A stretch of DNA of 64,000 nt from positions 186,001 through 250,000 of the forward strand of contig BAAIJX010000012.1 of NCBI GenBank assembly GCA_054600435.1, in the 5' to 3' direction. This document shows, one piece after another, positions 43,847 to 55,551 of this stretch; within the stretch, counting starts at the first letter, position 1, and each line of letters opens with the position of its first letter. Both the position numbers and the translations under genes were made by a program. This DNA is from Neophaeotheca triangularis. Taxonomy: Eukaryota. The notes below the pieces were generated by a model. The model made no database searches and was not told the DNA's origin. It worked only from the letters and a program-made list of their open reading frames with translations.

Positions 43847-45198
43847 TCACTTTTTGAGCTCCAAAATCCCAAATCTCTCAATCTGACCCTTGCCGTTCTT
43901 GCTACGGCTGCGACTGCGCGTCCTGTACCAAGCGTACTGCTTCTCATTCTTCGGCGCCTCCAACAGCAGCTTGCCCGACCGTAAGCGTCTCGTATGCTCG
44001 AACAAAACGTCAGTCTCGTACTTGTCCATTTCACGCAGGATGATGATGTAGTTGGGGTCGGTCTATGGGTACATTCTTCAATCAGTATATCTTACATGAC
44101 GCTACGGGGGTTGTCAGAAGTAGAGGAAGAACTCACGCAATCGTACTCGTAGGGAATGTCGTAGTACACCAGTGTCTCGATAGATAGGTAGTTGCGGTGG
44201 ACCTTGGCGTAGACGGGTTGGCGTGGCGATTTCCACTTCTCTAGCGTCGTGGTCGTTGTCGTAGTAGTCGTCTGCTTGGGGGTCACTTTCTTGTTGTAAC
44301 CATCCGACAACATCATCTCAATTTGATCGTCCCTGTAACCCAGCTTCTTAAACCTCCTCCGCATAGCATCGTCTATCTCCGCCTTTTTCTCCTTGGCCTC
44401 TCGCTCCGACCTCTCCTTCTTTTCCTTCTGCTTTGCCAAAAACTCCGCATACTCCCGCTCCTCCCTTTCCTGCTTCTCCTTCTCCTCGCGCTGAATCTTT
44501 GCCAACAGATCCGCCTCTGCTTGCCTCGCCCTTTCAGCTTTCTCAACCTTTCCCCTCTCATACTCGTCAATCATGCGCTTGCGATCCGCTTCCGCCTGCT
44601 CTTCGTCTGCCTTTCGCTTGGCCTCGCTCTTGATGCGCTGCAGCTCGAGCTCCTGCTTGATGCGTTCTTCTTCGCGCTCCCTACCTTTCTGTCGCTCCAT
44701 CTCCCGCAGTTCGCTGCGCGCTTGCTCCGCTTGCCATTGATAGTAGTCTCTGTTGCGATCGAGGATGTCTGCATCCGTGCGGCCTCGTGAGCGGGAGCGG
44801 CGCTGCCGATCAAGTTCAAGTCCCGCAAGTTCCTCAGCTAGCAGCTGTTCGCGAAGGTGTTCTCTGAGTCTGCTGTTTGAGCGGCGCCCTCGACCGTGGA
44901 ATTCTGGGGACGTAGGGTATGGGACCTGTTGTGACGGAGACGGTGGGTAGGGGACTTGCTGATGCGCTGTGTACGGTGGCGAATTGGAACCTTTGCGATA
45001 GTCGGTGGCTTGGTGGACATCGTTGAAGACGTTGACGACGGGTACGGGAGCATGGCCCTGGGAGCGCGTGCGATGGAGGCCGGAGAAGTTGCCTTGGGGG
45101 TTGAGGAACTGACTGCTGCGATGGAATTCGTGGAGGTTGCGTGGAGATGGGCGACGAGGTTGTGGAGACTCCCATTCATCTTCGCCAAGATAAGCCAT
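43847..45198 (-). CDS. Conserved hypothetical protein with an E/R/K-rich coiled coil and a conserved C-terminal domain, ~425 aa; exons 45198-44137, 44062-43847
   Basis: Intron 44136-44063 yields PVYAKVHRNYLSIETLVYYDIPYEYDCTDPNYIIILREMDKYETDVLFEHTRRLR, a C-terminal motif I recognise from many ascomycete hypothetical proteins. Confidence 0.8.
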
Positions 45199-46934
45199 TT
45201 CGTGAGATGCGCTCCTTGAGGGAAGAGAGGTGGCGTTTCGATAAGATCCGAGGGAATATGCGCCGGAAATATGGGTGCACCGTCAAGTCGCAGCGACAGA
45301 AGGAATGTTGGTGTCTCCGGAGATCTGTTCTAGCTCCTCGAGGAATGGCGGGGTGGAGAAGGCGAGACGAAGAGAGAAAGAAGTTGGAAGCTCTCTCAGC
45401 TGCGCAGAGTAAGGCAGGTAGCTTAATAAACCAAGGCTACCGTGACGCTTCGGCGTGACCGCTTCAGCTCGGTAGGTATGTCGCTTGGTGCAGATTCGGG
45501 GCTGAGAAAGATAGGAAGGAAAAGGTGACTCCAAGGGTGGCATGATCCTTTCGCGCGTACCTTGGGTATTATTATACCTCTTCTACGCTTCTACCTCCCA
45601 CCTACCTCGTCGTTTTACAGTTTGGCTGCCTGCTGCGGCGAAGGCGGCCGGACCCACATGGTGAGTCTTTGTGATAATGCACATGTTTGTAAGTGTTGGG
45701 CGCAACGGGTGGTGATGGGCTTGTCATTTGAGACTTGCGGCGGAGTTTGTTGTTTGCCGCGCGAAGGATCAAAGCCCCTGTCAAAGCCTGGAGGGCTGAA
45801 AGAGGAAAGGGACCTAAATGGAGGGAAGGGGTGGGCAGTGGGGTGGGGTAGGCTGTGGGCGGTGGGCGGTGTTGGAACGGGAGCTCGGGCACGTGCTCGG
45901 GCTTCGCGTATATCAACGTTAATAACAACAAGAAGGTGCATGGGTGCTTTCTGCCGCCAACCGACTGCATGTGCCCGGAAATAGGATTGATATGACTTCG
46001 CCGCATGTCTCACTCACTACTCCCGTCTCGTCAAAGAAAATGCCCGACGCTAATCAATTCCATCAAATGCTAGGCCTTCTGATCTTCCACCCACCTCATG
46101 CTGCAGAATGCCAAAGTATCCTCGGCAGTCTTCTCCGTGTCCCACCACTTCCTCTCGAATCCATCGGGAGCATGGCCGACCCTCGAAAGCCGTACCTTCG
46201 ACGGCGCCACCCAAGAGTGAGAGTGGAAAAGCGTCGCCGAGAAGGTCTCGAAGGTGTTCAGCTCTCACCTGGCGTCGGAACTTCTTAAGCATGGGTAAGA
46301 GCAATCATCTTGTGCCTCCCTCTCGGTCAGTAAGCTTGGGGACCTTGTTGAGTTTGCAGATGAACCTGATCCTTGAGATCTCTTCTTCGGCCCGATCATC
46401 GAGGCGGTCGCGGACAATTTTCTAATCACGTCAAAAGTCGCCTGTGCTCTGAACACGAGAAGGGAGTCGTACCTCTGACAATGGCGCTCGCCCAGCTTCG
46501 GCCACACAGTTGACGTTGCATGGCGCGGTCGACCTCCAGAAGATAGCAATTCCAACCACATCATCCCCAGTCCCCTAACCTACAAAACCACCCGGCCAGC
46601 ATCTCCCGACGAGATACCCAGACACCTGTCGGGATCTCGTAAACCTGGGAGGTAACTCGTAGGCACCTCGCTATCGCTTCCATCGATTCAATACATCGTC
46701 ATCAATCATGTCGACAAGGCACCGTGCTACGGACGACAGAAGCTCCTTTCTCAAAGTACGACGCCATAGATTGATGGTTTTTCAAACATTTAACTTCAGC
46801 TCTGATTGATGAAAACGACATCGTCGACCGCGTGTTTCCATGCATATGGCCAGCCATCGATTCAAGGCTCTAGAACGCTCAAACGCTGTATCAAAATCCC
46901 AGTCGATCCACCCACATTTACCCGTAGGCTGCCA

Positions 46935-49760
46935 TTACAACAAACTCTCGTACCTATCAAGTCCCCCTCCCGCGCCGCCCGTCGTCCCACTCCCGCCAGC
47001 ACCCGCTCTCTGCTGCTGCTGCTGCTGCTGTTGTTGTTGTTGTTGTTGTTGTTGTTGCCTCTGCTGCGGATTCCCAAACGGCGGCGCCTGAAACCCCTGT
47101 CCCACAGCCTGCGGGCTCACAGGCGGAGGGGGCAGACCAAAGCCCTTGCTCGCGGCGTTAACGCCACCGTAACCGTTGGAAGTCTGCTGCGGCCGTGGTG
47201 CGGTCGACCAGTTCGAACTACTGCTATTGGCGGCCGCGGACCAGTCTATTGCCGAGCCTTTGCTTGCGTTGTTTGCGGGTCGGAGCGGCATGCTAGTCTG
47301 AGGTTGGGTTTGGGTGCCCAGTCGGGAGGGCTGCAGGGGCATGCTGTATTGACTTGATGGCGTGAGGGAGGCGAATGAGCTCATGGATTGATCGGGGGTG
47401 ACTGTGCGGTTGATGGAGGATTGTTGTCGAGGGGGCTGAAGAGTGTTGATGCTTTGCTGTTGTTGGGGCCGTGACGGTTGGGCGGTGGGGGTGGATTGCC
47501 AGGAGAAGGTCGGCGCTTGATTGGTATTGTTTCTGGCATTATTTGCTTGGGCGGTTGCTGGGGTGCCCCAGTCGTTCATGAGGTCGTCGTTGCCGTTGGC
47601 CTGGGCTTTGCGGCCAGAGACCAGGGTCTCGAAATCCGTTTCTTCCCCATTGCCCATTGCGTCGGTATCCCCAGTGGCTGTCTGTCGGCCTAGACGTGCA
47701 GCGCCGGCGCCGGCGCCGGCACCAGCGCCTGAATTAGTGCTGGATAGCTCGCGCAGCTTCCTAGTTTGCTCGCGTTCGATCTTGTTGCTGAGGCTCTTGA
47801 TTAAGGTCATGAAGGCTTGGAACTGCTGCAGGTTCAGGAGTGGCCCCAGACTGAACTGCCATAGTATTGGAAGCACTTCCATGGCCAGGTAGTCAGTGTC
47901 CGCCACTTGTCCAACTTGCTTGAAGACTTTGAGCGCGGCGACCATGACGCCAGGTTCTTTTGTCTTGATGCCCTTAAGCAAGGGCACTACCTTTTCTTGC
48001 ACCGTGAATTTGTCGAGAATGATGGACGAGCTACTGTTGGAGGGCTTCTTGTCTGGTATGCCAATGCCATTGAGATCATCCTCTTCGCTCGAGTCTGTGG
48101 AAGACCCACCACAGAGGGTATAGAAAGCTTCAAGACCCCGTATCTTGATTGTAAGGCTGCTCGTCTTGGCGAAGACTGCAGCAATCGCTGGGAACAAATC
48201 GTTCTTAATAGTAGAGAAATCCAACATTGGAAGCACGTACTGCAGAGTACTGAGAGCAGCGTCTACAAGGCCGTGGGTTGGGCTGTCAAGTGCCAGTAAG
48301 ATGATAGGTAGTATGTCGTCGTGGAACTCCTTGCCTTGGCAGTTCTCAGCTACTGTTGGCATCTGCTCGAGTAGTATCATGAGGCCTGCTTCTCTGCTGG
48401 CGTCTTTCTCCGTAGCGGCAGCTTTTGTTAGGAAGATCTCTCGCAAACGTGGTACAACTTTCTCGGTAAAAGCGCGTTTGCCTGTAGGCATCGCTTGCAC
48501 CATGGCGAAAACGTTGTTCAGGATTGGTGCGAGTAGATCCCGGTCCTTCATCTCCTCCAGTAGTGCAGGGAGCACCTTCTTTTCCAATACGCTCTTTGGG
48601 AACTGCGGCATGATCTTCGGCAGCCCTCGCATGAACTGCGCCTTTTCGTTGGGTGTCTTTGCTGGAAGAGCGTCGAGAAAGCGTATCGTGGAGACGAGGA
48701 TGTTGTCGAAATAGCTTGCCTCCTGAAACTCTCTGGCACCGAGCCGCTGTGCAGGTCGACGGGTGATCAAACGTGGCAAAAGCTCCGAGGCCAGCTTAGG
48801 GGGTAATGGGTTTGTTCGTGGCACAAGAAAGTTGTTTGATTGCGAGGGAACGCTGGAGCTGGATGAAAATGTACGCTTGTACGTTGAGAGTGAACCCGAG
48901 GTCTGTAGGGGCGAAGTGTGAGGAGAATTGTACAGCGCGATGATCAGCAGCCCTAAGGAGAACATGTCGGCACTTGGGTTGAGATTGTTATCGAGCACAA
49001 AGTCCGGACTGGTGTAATCCAAGTTCAGCTGCACTGAGCGAGGGAGCCGAGGATCGTGAGTTAGCACTTCGCTCAGATTGATGGGCGTAATACTGCTGGC
49101 AGCAGTGCTGTTCTCATGTGGCCCGCAGAATGCCAACCCACTGATCTTCCAGTCGCCCTTTGCATTGATCAATACCGCCTCAGGCGTCAGATTCGCGTGT
49201 ACCAGGCCAGCGCTCTCGTGCATAAACTCCAGTCCTTTGCCCAACTGCAACAGCCCCTTCTGAATTTCTAGCTCGTCAATCTCCAGCTCCCGTCTCTTTC
49301 TCGTGCCATCAGCCTCTTCGACAACGTACCGACTGCCCCTTCCACCCACCCCACCCGAGCGCTCTTGCTCATCCTTCTCTTGTAACAGACCGGCCAAACT
49401 CGCCGTCACAGGCTCCGTAGCAAACATCAAACCCCCATTGCGCGTCTCTTCGACCGGCTCGGCTAGCTCCAGGATACTGGGATGTCGCAACCGCGCCAGG
49501 CTACTTGCTTCCTTGCGTAGGCGTTCGAAGATCTGCTCATGCACCCGCTTGATTGCACTGGTACTGCTACTTCCACGCAAACCACCGCCAGCAGGCTCGA
49601 GCGACTTCTTATCGAATACGAAGACGGAAAAGGGCTTTCCGGTCTTCTTGTGCTTGGCGTCGAAGATGTTCCATGGCCCTGAACTGGACGATGGCTTCGG
49701 ATCGAGGGTATAGTTGCTGCCAATGTTGGAGCTAAAGGACTTCAAGGCATTGGAGAACAT
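46935..49760 (-). CDS. SCY1: SCY1/SCYL2-family pseudokinase with HEAT repeats, ~941 aa
   Basis: LARLRHPSIL, FATEPV, HANLTPEAVLINAKGDWKISGLAF (no HRD/DFG), LDYTSPD, HEAT region, LPILWQFSLGPLLNLQQF and terminal GLDRYESLL. Confidence 0.93.
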   Translation of the reverse strand: MFSNALKSFSSNIGSNYTLDPKPSSSSGPWNIFDAKHKKTGKPFSVFVFDKKSLEPAGGGLRGSSSTSAIKRVHEQIFERLRKEASSLARLRHPSILELAEPVEETRNGGLMFATEPVTASLAGLLQEKDEQERSGGVGGRGSRYVVEEADGTRKRRELEIDELEIQKGLLQLGKGLEFMHESAGLVHANLTPEAVLINAKGDWKISGLAFCGPHENSTAASSITPINLSEVLTHDPRLPRSVQLNLDYTSPDFVLDNNLNPSADMFSLGLLIIALYNSPHTSPLQTSGSLSTYKRTFSSSSSVPSQSNNFLVPRTNPLPPKLASELLPRLITRRPAQRLGAREFQEASYFDNILVSTIRFLDALPAKTPNEKAQFMRGLPKIMPQFPKSVLEKKVLPALLEEMKDRDLLAPILNNVFAMVQAMPTGKRAFTEKVVPRLREIFLTKAAATEKDASREAGLMILLEQMPTVAENCQGKEFHDDILPIILLALDSPTHGLVDAALSTLQYVLPMLDFSTIKNDLFPAIAAVFAKTSSLTIKIRGLEAFYTLCGGSSTDSSEEDDLNGIGIPDKKPSNSSSSIILDKFTVQEKVVPLLKGIKTKEPGVMVAALKVFKQVGQVADTDYLAMEVLPILWQFSLGPLLNLQQFQAFMTLIKSLSNKIEREQTRKLRELSSTNSGAGAGAGAGAARLGRQTATGDTDAMGNGEETDFETLVSGRKAQANGNDDLMNDWGTPATAQANNARNNTNQAPTFSWQSTPTAQPSRPQQQQSINTLQPPRQQSSINRTVTPDQSMSSFASLTPSSQYSMPLQPSRLGTQTQPQTSMPLRPANNASKGSAIDWSAAANSSSSNWSTAPRPQQTSNGYGGVNAASKGFGLPPPPVSPQAVGQGFQAPPFGNPQQRQQQQQQQQQQQQQQQQRAGAGGSGTTGGAGGGLDRYESLL
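47010..47057 (-). repeat. (CAA)9(CAG)7 coding repeat encoding polyQ16 in the SCY1 tail
   Basis: On the plus strand it reads (CTG)7(TTG)9. Confidence 0.9.
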
Positions 49761-50986
49761 ATTCGTTGGTATCGCCGCTGAGTCAAAGTTCACGGAGTCG
49801 AGGTGTTTCTGAGTTCCATCTGCGTGCTTATGCGCTTAGTGTTCCCTTGCTGACATGTGAAGTCCACAAGTCGCGCGACTTGGAGTTTGCTTGGCGTGTA
49901 CGGCGGCGAGGACAACGAGAAGTTGGAGGGGACAGGTGAGGAATGACTCTCAACGTGATGTAGTGGTTCTTTGCTTCCTAGTACGGATATCTAGTCTGCC
50001 ATTACCAGAGCATTGGTAGGGTACATGTCCAATCGCAGAGCCGTCTGAGGGACATCGTCCGAGCTCCGAGCTGTACTTCAACTTCGACTTACGAGTTTCA
50101 ACACCAGCAATAATTAACAACTATCGTTCTTACGGCCGGAAAATGTCAGACAGTAGTACACTGAATGTTAAGTCTCCTGGGGGCCACAGACGAGCGAAGG
50201 AATCGAAAGCGTCACGTGTCCCAAGTCTTGGCGATTACCACTCCCCTCCTTGCCTGAAGCCATTTCACGCGTTCAATGGTTGTCTTCGCCGCGACTAGGT
50301 CAAAGATACTCGCTTTCAGGCGTTGGTTGTATCTGAAAAAACGAGAAACATCCATCGACTCGCGAAGATCTACTAGATAGCCTGTCCTGCCGCTACAGCG
50401 TGCCAATACTTTTGCCCTTCGAGCCCTCGATACGCAGCCCCTCGCGAGCGGTAATTGCCCGAGACTGTAGAATTTATACCTGCGCAACGACCGGTGACCT
50501 ACGCTCATGTGGCACCCATCGTATCCTCGTTTTCCTTGATCTCCGCACTGGCCCTCCCACAGCACGGCGGCTCTTTGGAGCCAAACAACGACGTTGCATC
50601 TCCGAGGACGGTCACGCTGTTTTCCTGGACGCTACTAGAAAGTCATTTTGTTTCCCACGTGTCTAACGCCGAGTGCTGGCCTGTTAAGTACCTAGCTTTC
50701 GTACAAGCGGTGTGGTGCCTCTTTAAGCTCTGCTATTTTGGCGTATTGTTTGAGTTCGGCTCTGATATTTGCTAGCACAACCGTTGAGACTACGCAATAC
50801 GCTGAGATGGCTGGAAGCGGGATTTTGAGGATGCTCTAGTCTCGTGGTCAAATGCGTTAAAGCCCTCCGTTGCTCCGTTGCTCATACTCGGCATATGTAA
50901 ACTTCAAGGACGATGCTTTGCTCGCGTCGTGTATGGACATGTTTCCTTAGCGTTCAGTGCCGTCACTAGTCGTGAAAACCGAAGCA

Positions 50987-52024
50987 TCAATCTTCCCGCC
51001 ACCTGATTGACCAATCCCCTTTTGCGAAAGATGGCTCAACGACAGCGCCATGCATGAGAGCCTCGCACTTCTTCCTCACCTGTGCATCCGCTTCGAGATG
51101 TTCCACTTCGTGCTTCTTCCTCTTTCCTTTTCCCCCTTTTCCCGATTTAACCTCCACCTCATCAGCATTAACGAGCAGCCCAAACACCACCGCCCTTCTA
51201 GCGGCACGTTTCACCACTTCCTGCTCCTCGGCCCGCTTCTGACCCTCCCTCCTGCGTTGCAGCATCTCAGGCGTCTCGTCGATCTTCTCACTCCAGCCTC
51301 TCTCGCCACCAACGCTAAAATTCACATCGCTCTCATTCTGCGGCGGTCGCACATTGATGGGAACTCCGCCAACTTCATCAGCCGTTTCCGAACCGCTGTC
51401 CCATGAGTCGTCCGGATCGTTCTGCGGCGGCTGCGAAGACGGATCTTCCATATCGACGCTCTTCCACTCGGGTGCATCAGGAACGCCTCTTTTGTAGCGG
51501 TTCTTGTTACGACCGTAGACTTTCTCGGGATTTTGACGGTTGCCAAAAACGGCTTCTCCAACTTGACTGAGCTGAACTATGATCCGCGGGTCGCCCTTCT
51601 TGGGAAATGCCTTTTTAGCTTTAGCAGCTTTAAGCGCAGCTTGCTCGGCCTCGACATCATCATCCTCAGCTTCTCCACGAACGGATTTGGGCGGTTCGAG
51701 ACCTTTAAGTAATGCCACGAGAGCATCGTGGATTCGACTGTCTATGCTTTTGGGCCCGGTGCTGGGTTTGTTGCGCTTGCATCTGTCGGAGCAGTATTTG
51801 ACTTCCGTAGAGCTGGTTTTGGAGCTATTGGCTCTTCGTTGACCTACCGTTTGGTCAGCAAGAGAGGAGTGTTTTGCCTATTGAGCAAAAGTGCGCGGCT
51901 TTCACGGACCAATGACTCTGCCGCAAGAGTGGCAATAGGGCACGTCGTCGCCTTGGGTGAGGTAGAATGGTGCTGGTGTGGCTTGACTTTTGCTGGGCCG
52001 TGACCATGAGTCCATCCACGACAT
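50987..52024 (-). CDS. DUF2256-like Cys4 zinc-finger protein, ~323 aa; exons 52024-51910, 51843-50987
   Basis: MSWMDSWSRPSKSQATPAPFYL...YCHSCGRVIG, intron 51909-51844 (GTCCGT...GCTGAC...TAG), then ...EVKYCSDRCKRNKP, in frame with ORF 50987..51718 ending EPSFAKGDWSIRWRED. Confidence 0.8.
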
Positions 52025-52432
52025 GTTGAAGACTTTCTAGAAAGGTAATGTAACGTGATGTGTTTACTTGTTGCGGATGTGACTGGCGAGCTGTGGCCGT
52101 AAGAGTAGACTCTCAGTTCTCCTTGCAAAAGAGGCAGTATGCGTTGTTCCTGTAAACAAGGCTTTATGATGACTTCGGACCGTAATTCCAGACCTCGCAG
52201 CGACGCTCCAAAATGCATTCGGCTTGCCGAATGATGATGGTTAGAGGTCCTCGAGAGGTGACGTTGGTATCCATTCTAACCCGCTAAGGTTGCTTCCAAC
52301 CACCTCATTGAGGCTAGTACCACATCATCTTTCCCAAAGCAGTCTGGAGCTGAAGCTCTCGCTGACTAAACACACATTCCGCCTAACATAACATGAAGCT
52401 GGTGCAACACGAACAAGCTCCAAGACTCTGAC

Positions 52433-53422
52433 ATGCCACGCCATGTAATCGCCCGTAACTCGGAAGTCCACAGGACCGCCGCCATAGCACTTTACCGCGC
52501 ACTCCTATCACAGTGCCAACTCGTCCCCACGACGCAGCACATCCGTGAAAATGCACGAAACATCATCCGCAACCGCTTCCGCCAGGTCACGCACCTGGGC
52601 AGCGCCAGAAGGCTGAGAGTCGCTTTCCAAGCCGGCTACGAAGCCGTCGATAAACTGGACGCAGCTGTGGCTGGTCATGAGGATAGCAAACGGTACCTCG
52701 AGGACTTGGTGGGAAAGGCGCCGGAGAGGATCAAACAGCCTTGGGAATACTTGTACCCTCTGAAGAAGAGACCAGCGGAGGAAACTCCCCAATCTGCCAA
52801 CGTGGAACCGCCAAAGCGCAAAGTCGAGTTTTCCGAGCGACCTTTGCCTCTGGAGAAGCTGTCGGGGAAACGACACGTGCCGCACTTGGTTAATGCGAAT
52901 CATGTGCCCATCCTGCGCTTCAAGAAACCCCAACCGGAAAACTTGTCAGGTTATATCAGCAAACAAGTCAAGCGAAGACAGAGGCGTCACGACCGACGGC
53001 ATCTTTTGGAGGACAGCTTGCAGCTCGCGCGCTTCGAGGATGGTTGGGAGAATCTTATGCAAAAACAATTAGTCGAAGAAGGCGAACGGATGAAAAGAGG
53101 CGTGGGCACTTGGAGTCGCGGCAAAGCCGCCGGCGCCGATCGTTCTGACTCTTATTTGACGCCTATCAGGCAAGCTATGAAGGCTACGCAGCAGGCTTTG
53201 GATACTGAGAAGCGGAAGAACAAACTGTGGGCTGAGAAGTTGCAAGGGGTGGTTGATCGCGAGCAGGCGCAGCTTGAAAGGGATCTTGTCAATCAGAAGC
53301 AAGCCGGGAGGGATAGGCGATATCTTAGGTGGTGTCGGCGGAAAGGGCTGGAGCCTAATACTGCTGGGACTGCGCTGAGTCGTCCGCTCTCGGATAAGAC
53401 CGTGGATGAGGCGCCTGGTTGA
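52433..53422 (+). CDS. LYR-motif-containing protein, probably mitochondrial, 329 aa
   Basis: N-terminal HRTAAIALYRALL..C...IRNRFR; R.VP.LVNAN.VPILRFKKPQP motif; coiled-coil C-terminus. Confidence 0.75.
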   Translation: MPRHVIARNSEVHRTAAIALYRALLSQCQLVPTTQHIRENARNIIRNRFRQVTHLGSARRLRVAFQAGYEAVDKLDAAVAGHEDSKRYLEDLVGKAPERIKQPWEYLYPLKKRPAEETPQSANVEPPKRKVEFSERPLPLEKLSGKRHVPHLVNANHVPILRFKKPQPENLSGYISKQVKRRQRRHDRRHLLEDSLQLARFEDGWENLMQKQLVEEGERMKRGVGTWSRGKAAGADRSDSYLTPIRQAMKATQQALDTEKRKNKLWAEKLQGVVDREQAQLERDLVNQKQAGRDRRYLRWCRRKGLEPNTAGTALSRPLSDKTVDEAPG

Positions 53423-53996
53423 AGGGTTGAGGACTCGTCAGATTACTGGTTGTGCGTTTTCTGGGATATAGTGGACGACTCAATGGGTTCCGGGTGCCAG
53501 TGCCTGGCTGATAAGGTCGTTCCGCTTCTCCCAGTGTCTGGTAGCCATGGAGTTGCTTCTGGGTGGCCCGCCTGGGCGAGAGCATCCCACTGCCTTCAAG
53601 CCATGCATGGGCAAGACTTGCCAGGGGCCGCTACACGCTTGGTCTCTCAGGACGTTCAAAAGCTAAGGGACCACAGCCTATGCGTGCGATGACTGTCCAA
53701 AGCACAGATTCGGCGAAGCGGCTCGTTGAGGATGGGCAGGATCCCACCACATCATGATGTATTTGTACGTGTGAGTACTGGGGTCGATGCACTTGGAGTA
53801 GCATGCTAGGCGATAAATGTGATATAGGACTTGATAACAGTTTAACAGTGACCCTACACTAGAGACACAGGTCTCGCAAAGGTAGCAGAGCGCAGCTCAT
53901 GGTATCGCCCAGACCGACCCCCGTTTGGAGGCTAAAAACACCAAACTCCATGCACGCACATCTATACCCTGAACCCCCTCAAACCATCCAAGAGCA

Positions 53997-54826
53997 CTAA
54001 ACATCTTGTACCAAAACGCCCTCCACAACTCCCTTCGCCAGCGCCTGCACGGCCACGCTATCCCCACTAGCATCCACCGCCAAAACGTCCCCTTCATCCA
54101 CCGTCGGCGCTTCCAAACTCTGAAACTGACTCCTCACCATCGAATCCTTCATGTAATGGCCCTTCCGCATTCTCACGCGATCGAGCAGCGCCGCCTCATC
54201 GGCTTGCAAGAAGACAAAATGCACTTGCACGCCGGGGTGGCTATAGGCGGCGACGCGCAGCACGTCGCGGTATTTGCGTTTTAGGGCGCTGCAGGTTACG
54301 ATGACGCCGGAGGGGGAGGGGGAAGTGGGGGTATCGGTTTTTGGGTGCAGAGTGGAGAGTGCTTCTTCTCGGAGTAAGATCAGCCAGTCCCACCTGTCCG
54401 CGTCGGTTAGGGGGATGTTGTTGCCCATTTTCTCGACGTTGGAGGGGGGGTGGTACTATGGGGTGGGGTGTTGGTTAGCTGGCGGTTCTTTTATTGCGGG
54501 TGGTCTTGGAGCTTAGGGCGGTGGGTCTGAATTGTTCACGCTCGTTTAGGTCTCAGGCGAAGGAGTTTACTCACGGTATCGCCCTCCAGATACGGCAGTT
54601 CGAACGTCTGGTGTAAGTACTCGGCGACAGACGTCTTGCCGCAGCCGGCCGGCCCCGTTATCACCCAGATGTGCTTGTGAGCGGGCTGCGATGCTGAGAC
54701 GGTGGGAGAGATTGAGTCGTCGTTGGCCATTTGCGCGGGCTCGGAGGGCGGTGTCAAGGGCATGCTTGTGGGCATGGTGGCCTTGGTCGACTTCTCGTAG
54801 TTGAGCATGTTTGCTATTGAGGCCAT
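53997..54826 (-). CDS. Gluconokinase (GntK/IdnK type), ~236 aa; exons 54826-54575, 54455-53997
   Basis: P-loop ITGPAGCGKTSV; EGDT|YHPPSNVEKM..IPLTDADRWDWL across intron 54574-54456; CSALKRKYRD and GHYMKDSMVRSQF. Confidence 0.93.
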
Positions 54827-55551
54827 TGTGGAAGAGGAGAAAGGGCGATCTGGGCTGGAGAGAGGCTATGTGGTACTGGATAGGTGGACCGGGTAATTGG
54901 TAGACACAGTGCCTAGGAATGGGACATAGAGGTGGATAGGTACTGGGAGAGACAGAGGGGATCGCACAGCGAAAGAGCGGAGAGTAGACCACCTACCTAT
55001 ATCGTTTGGGGCAGAGCGAAGGTCGGGACCGCCAACTTCCTTTGCTGTGGTGAGTGACGGATGAGTCTCCCAAGGACGTCGTCTCAATCGAGTGGTTGTA
55101 CCGCCGGGCGGAAAGGCTTGCCTACGTGCCATCCCACGCGGCACAATCTTTTACCGAGGGGGTGGGGAGGGGGGTGGGAGGTTGGCATGAGGTAGGGCAA
55201 AAAGTAAGAATGGGCATGCTTTGGGGGAAAGAGGGGGAATCGAGGCAAAGTGGGAAAAGATCCGCCTGCGGAAGTTAAGAAGGCGACGAGTCGGGCGAGA
55301 TTATTGGTGCGGTTGTGCTTGGAGGAATGACCGTTGCAAACGCCGAAAGAGAGGGTCGGCGTCTGCCCCTCGGAAGTCTCCTCCGAGCATCGACTCCCAC
55401 GCCAAAGCTCACATTTTCGTGGGATGCATTCAATGAAAGAAGCAAGAATCTACGCTGCATAATGGTAGAATACAACCTCAGCCGCATATTCGGTAGTCAT
55501 AATTATTCATTGAGAACGCCGGCGCCATGCTTCCCCGCCTTGAACACACCC

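Noticed and set aside
46098..46655. Coding-looking + strand frame (MLQNAKV...EWKSVAEKVSKVFSSHL...) with four internal stops, a possible pseudogene
   Set aside because: Four stops in 186 codons is not clearly fewer than random and no homolog is recognisable. A tblastn/blastx search would be needed.
46806..47357. Poly-Leu and poly-Cys ORFs on the + strand
   Set aside because: Antisense readings of the SCY1 polyQ repeat.
50212..50775. Overlapping short ORFs upstream of SCY1
   Set aside because: No consistent frame or family signal; treated as intergenic.
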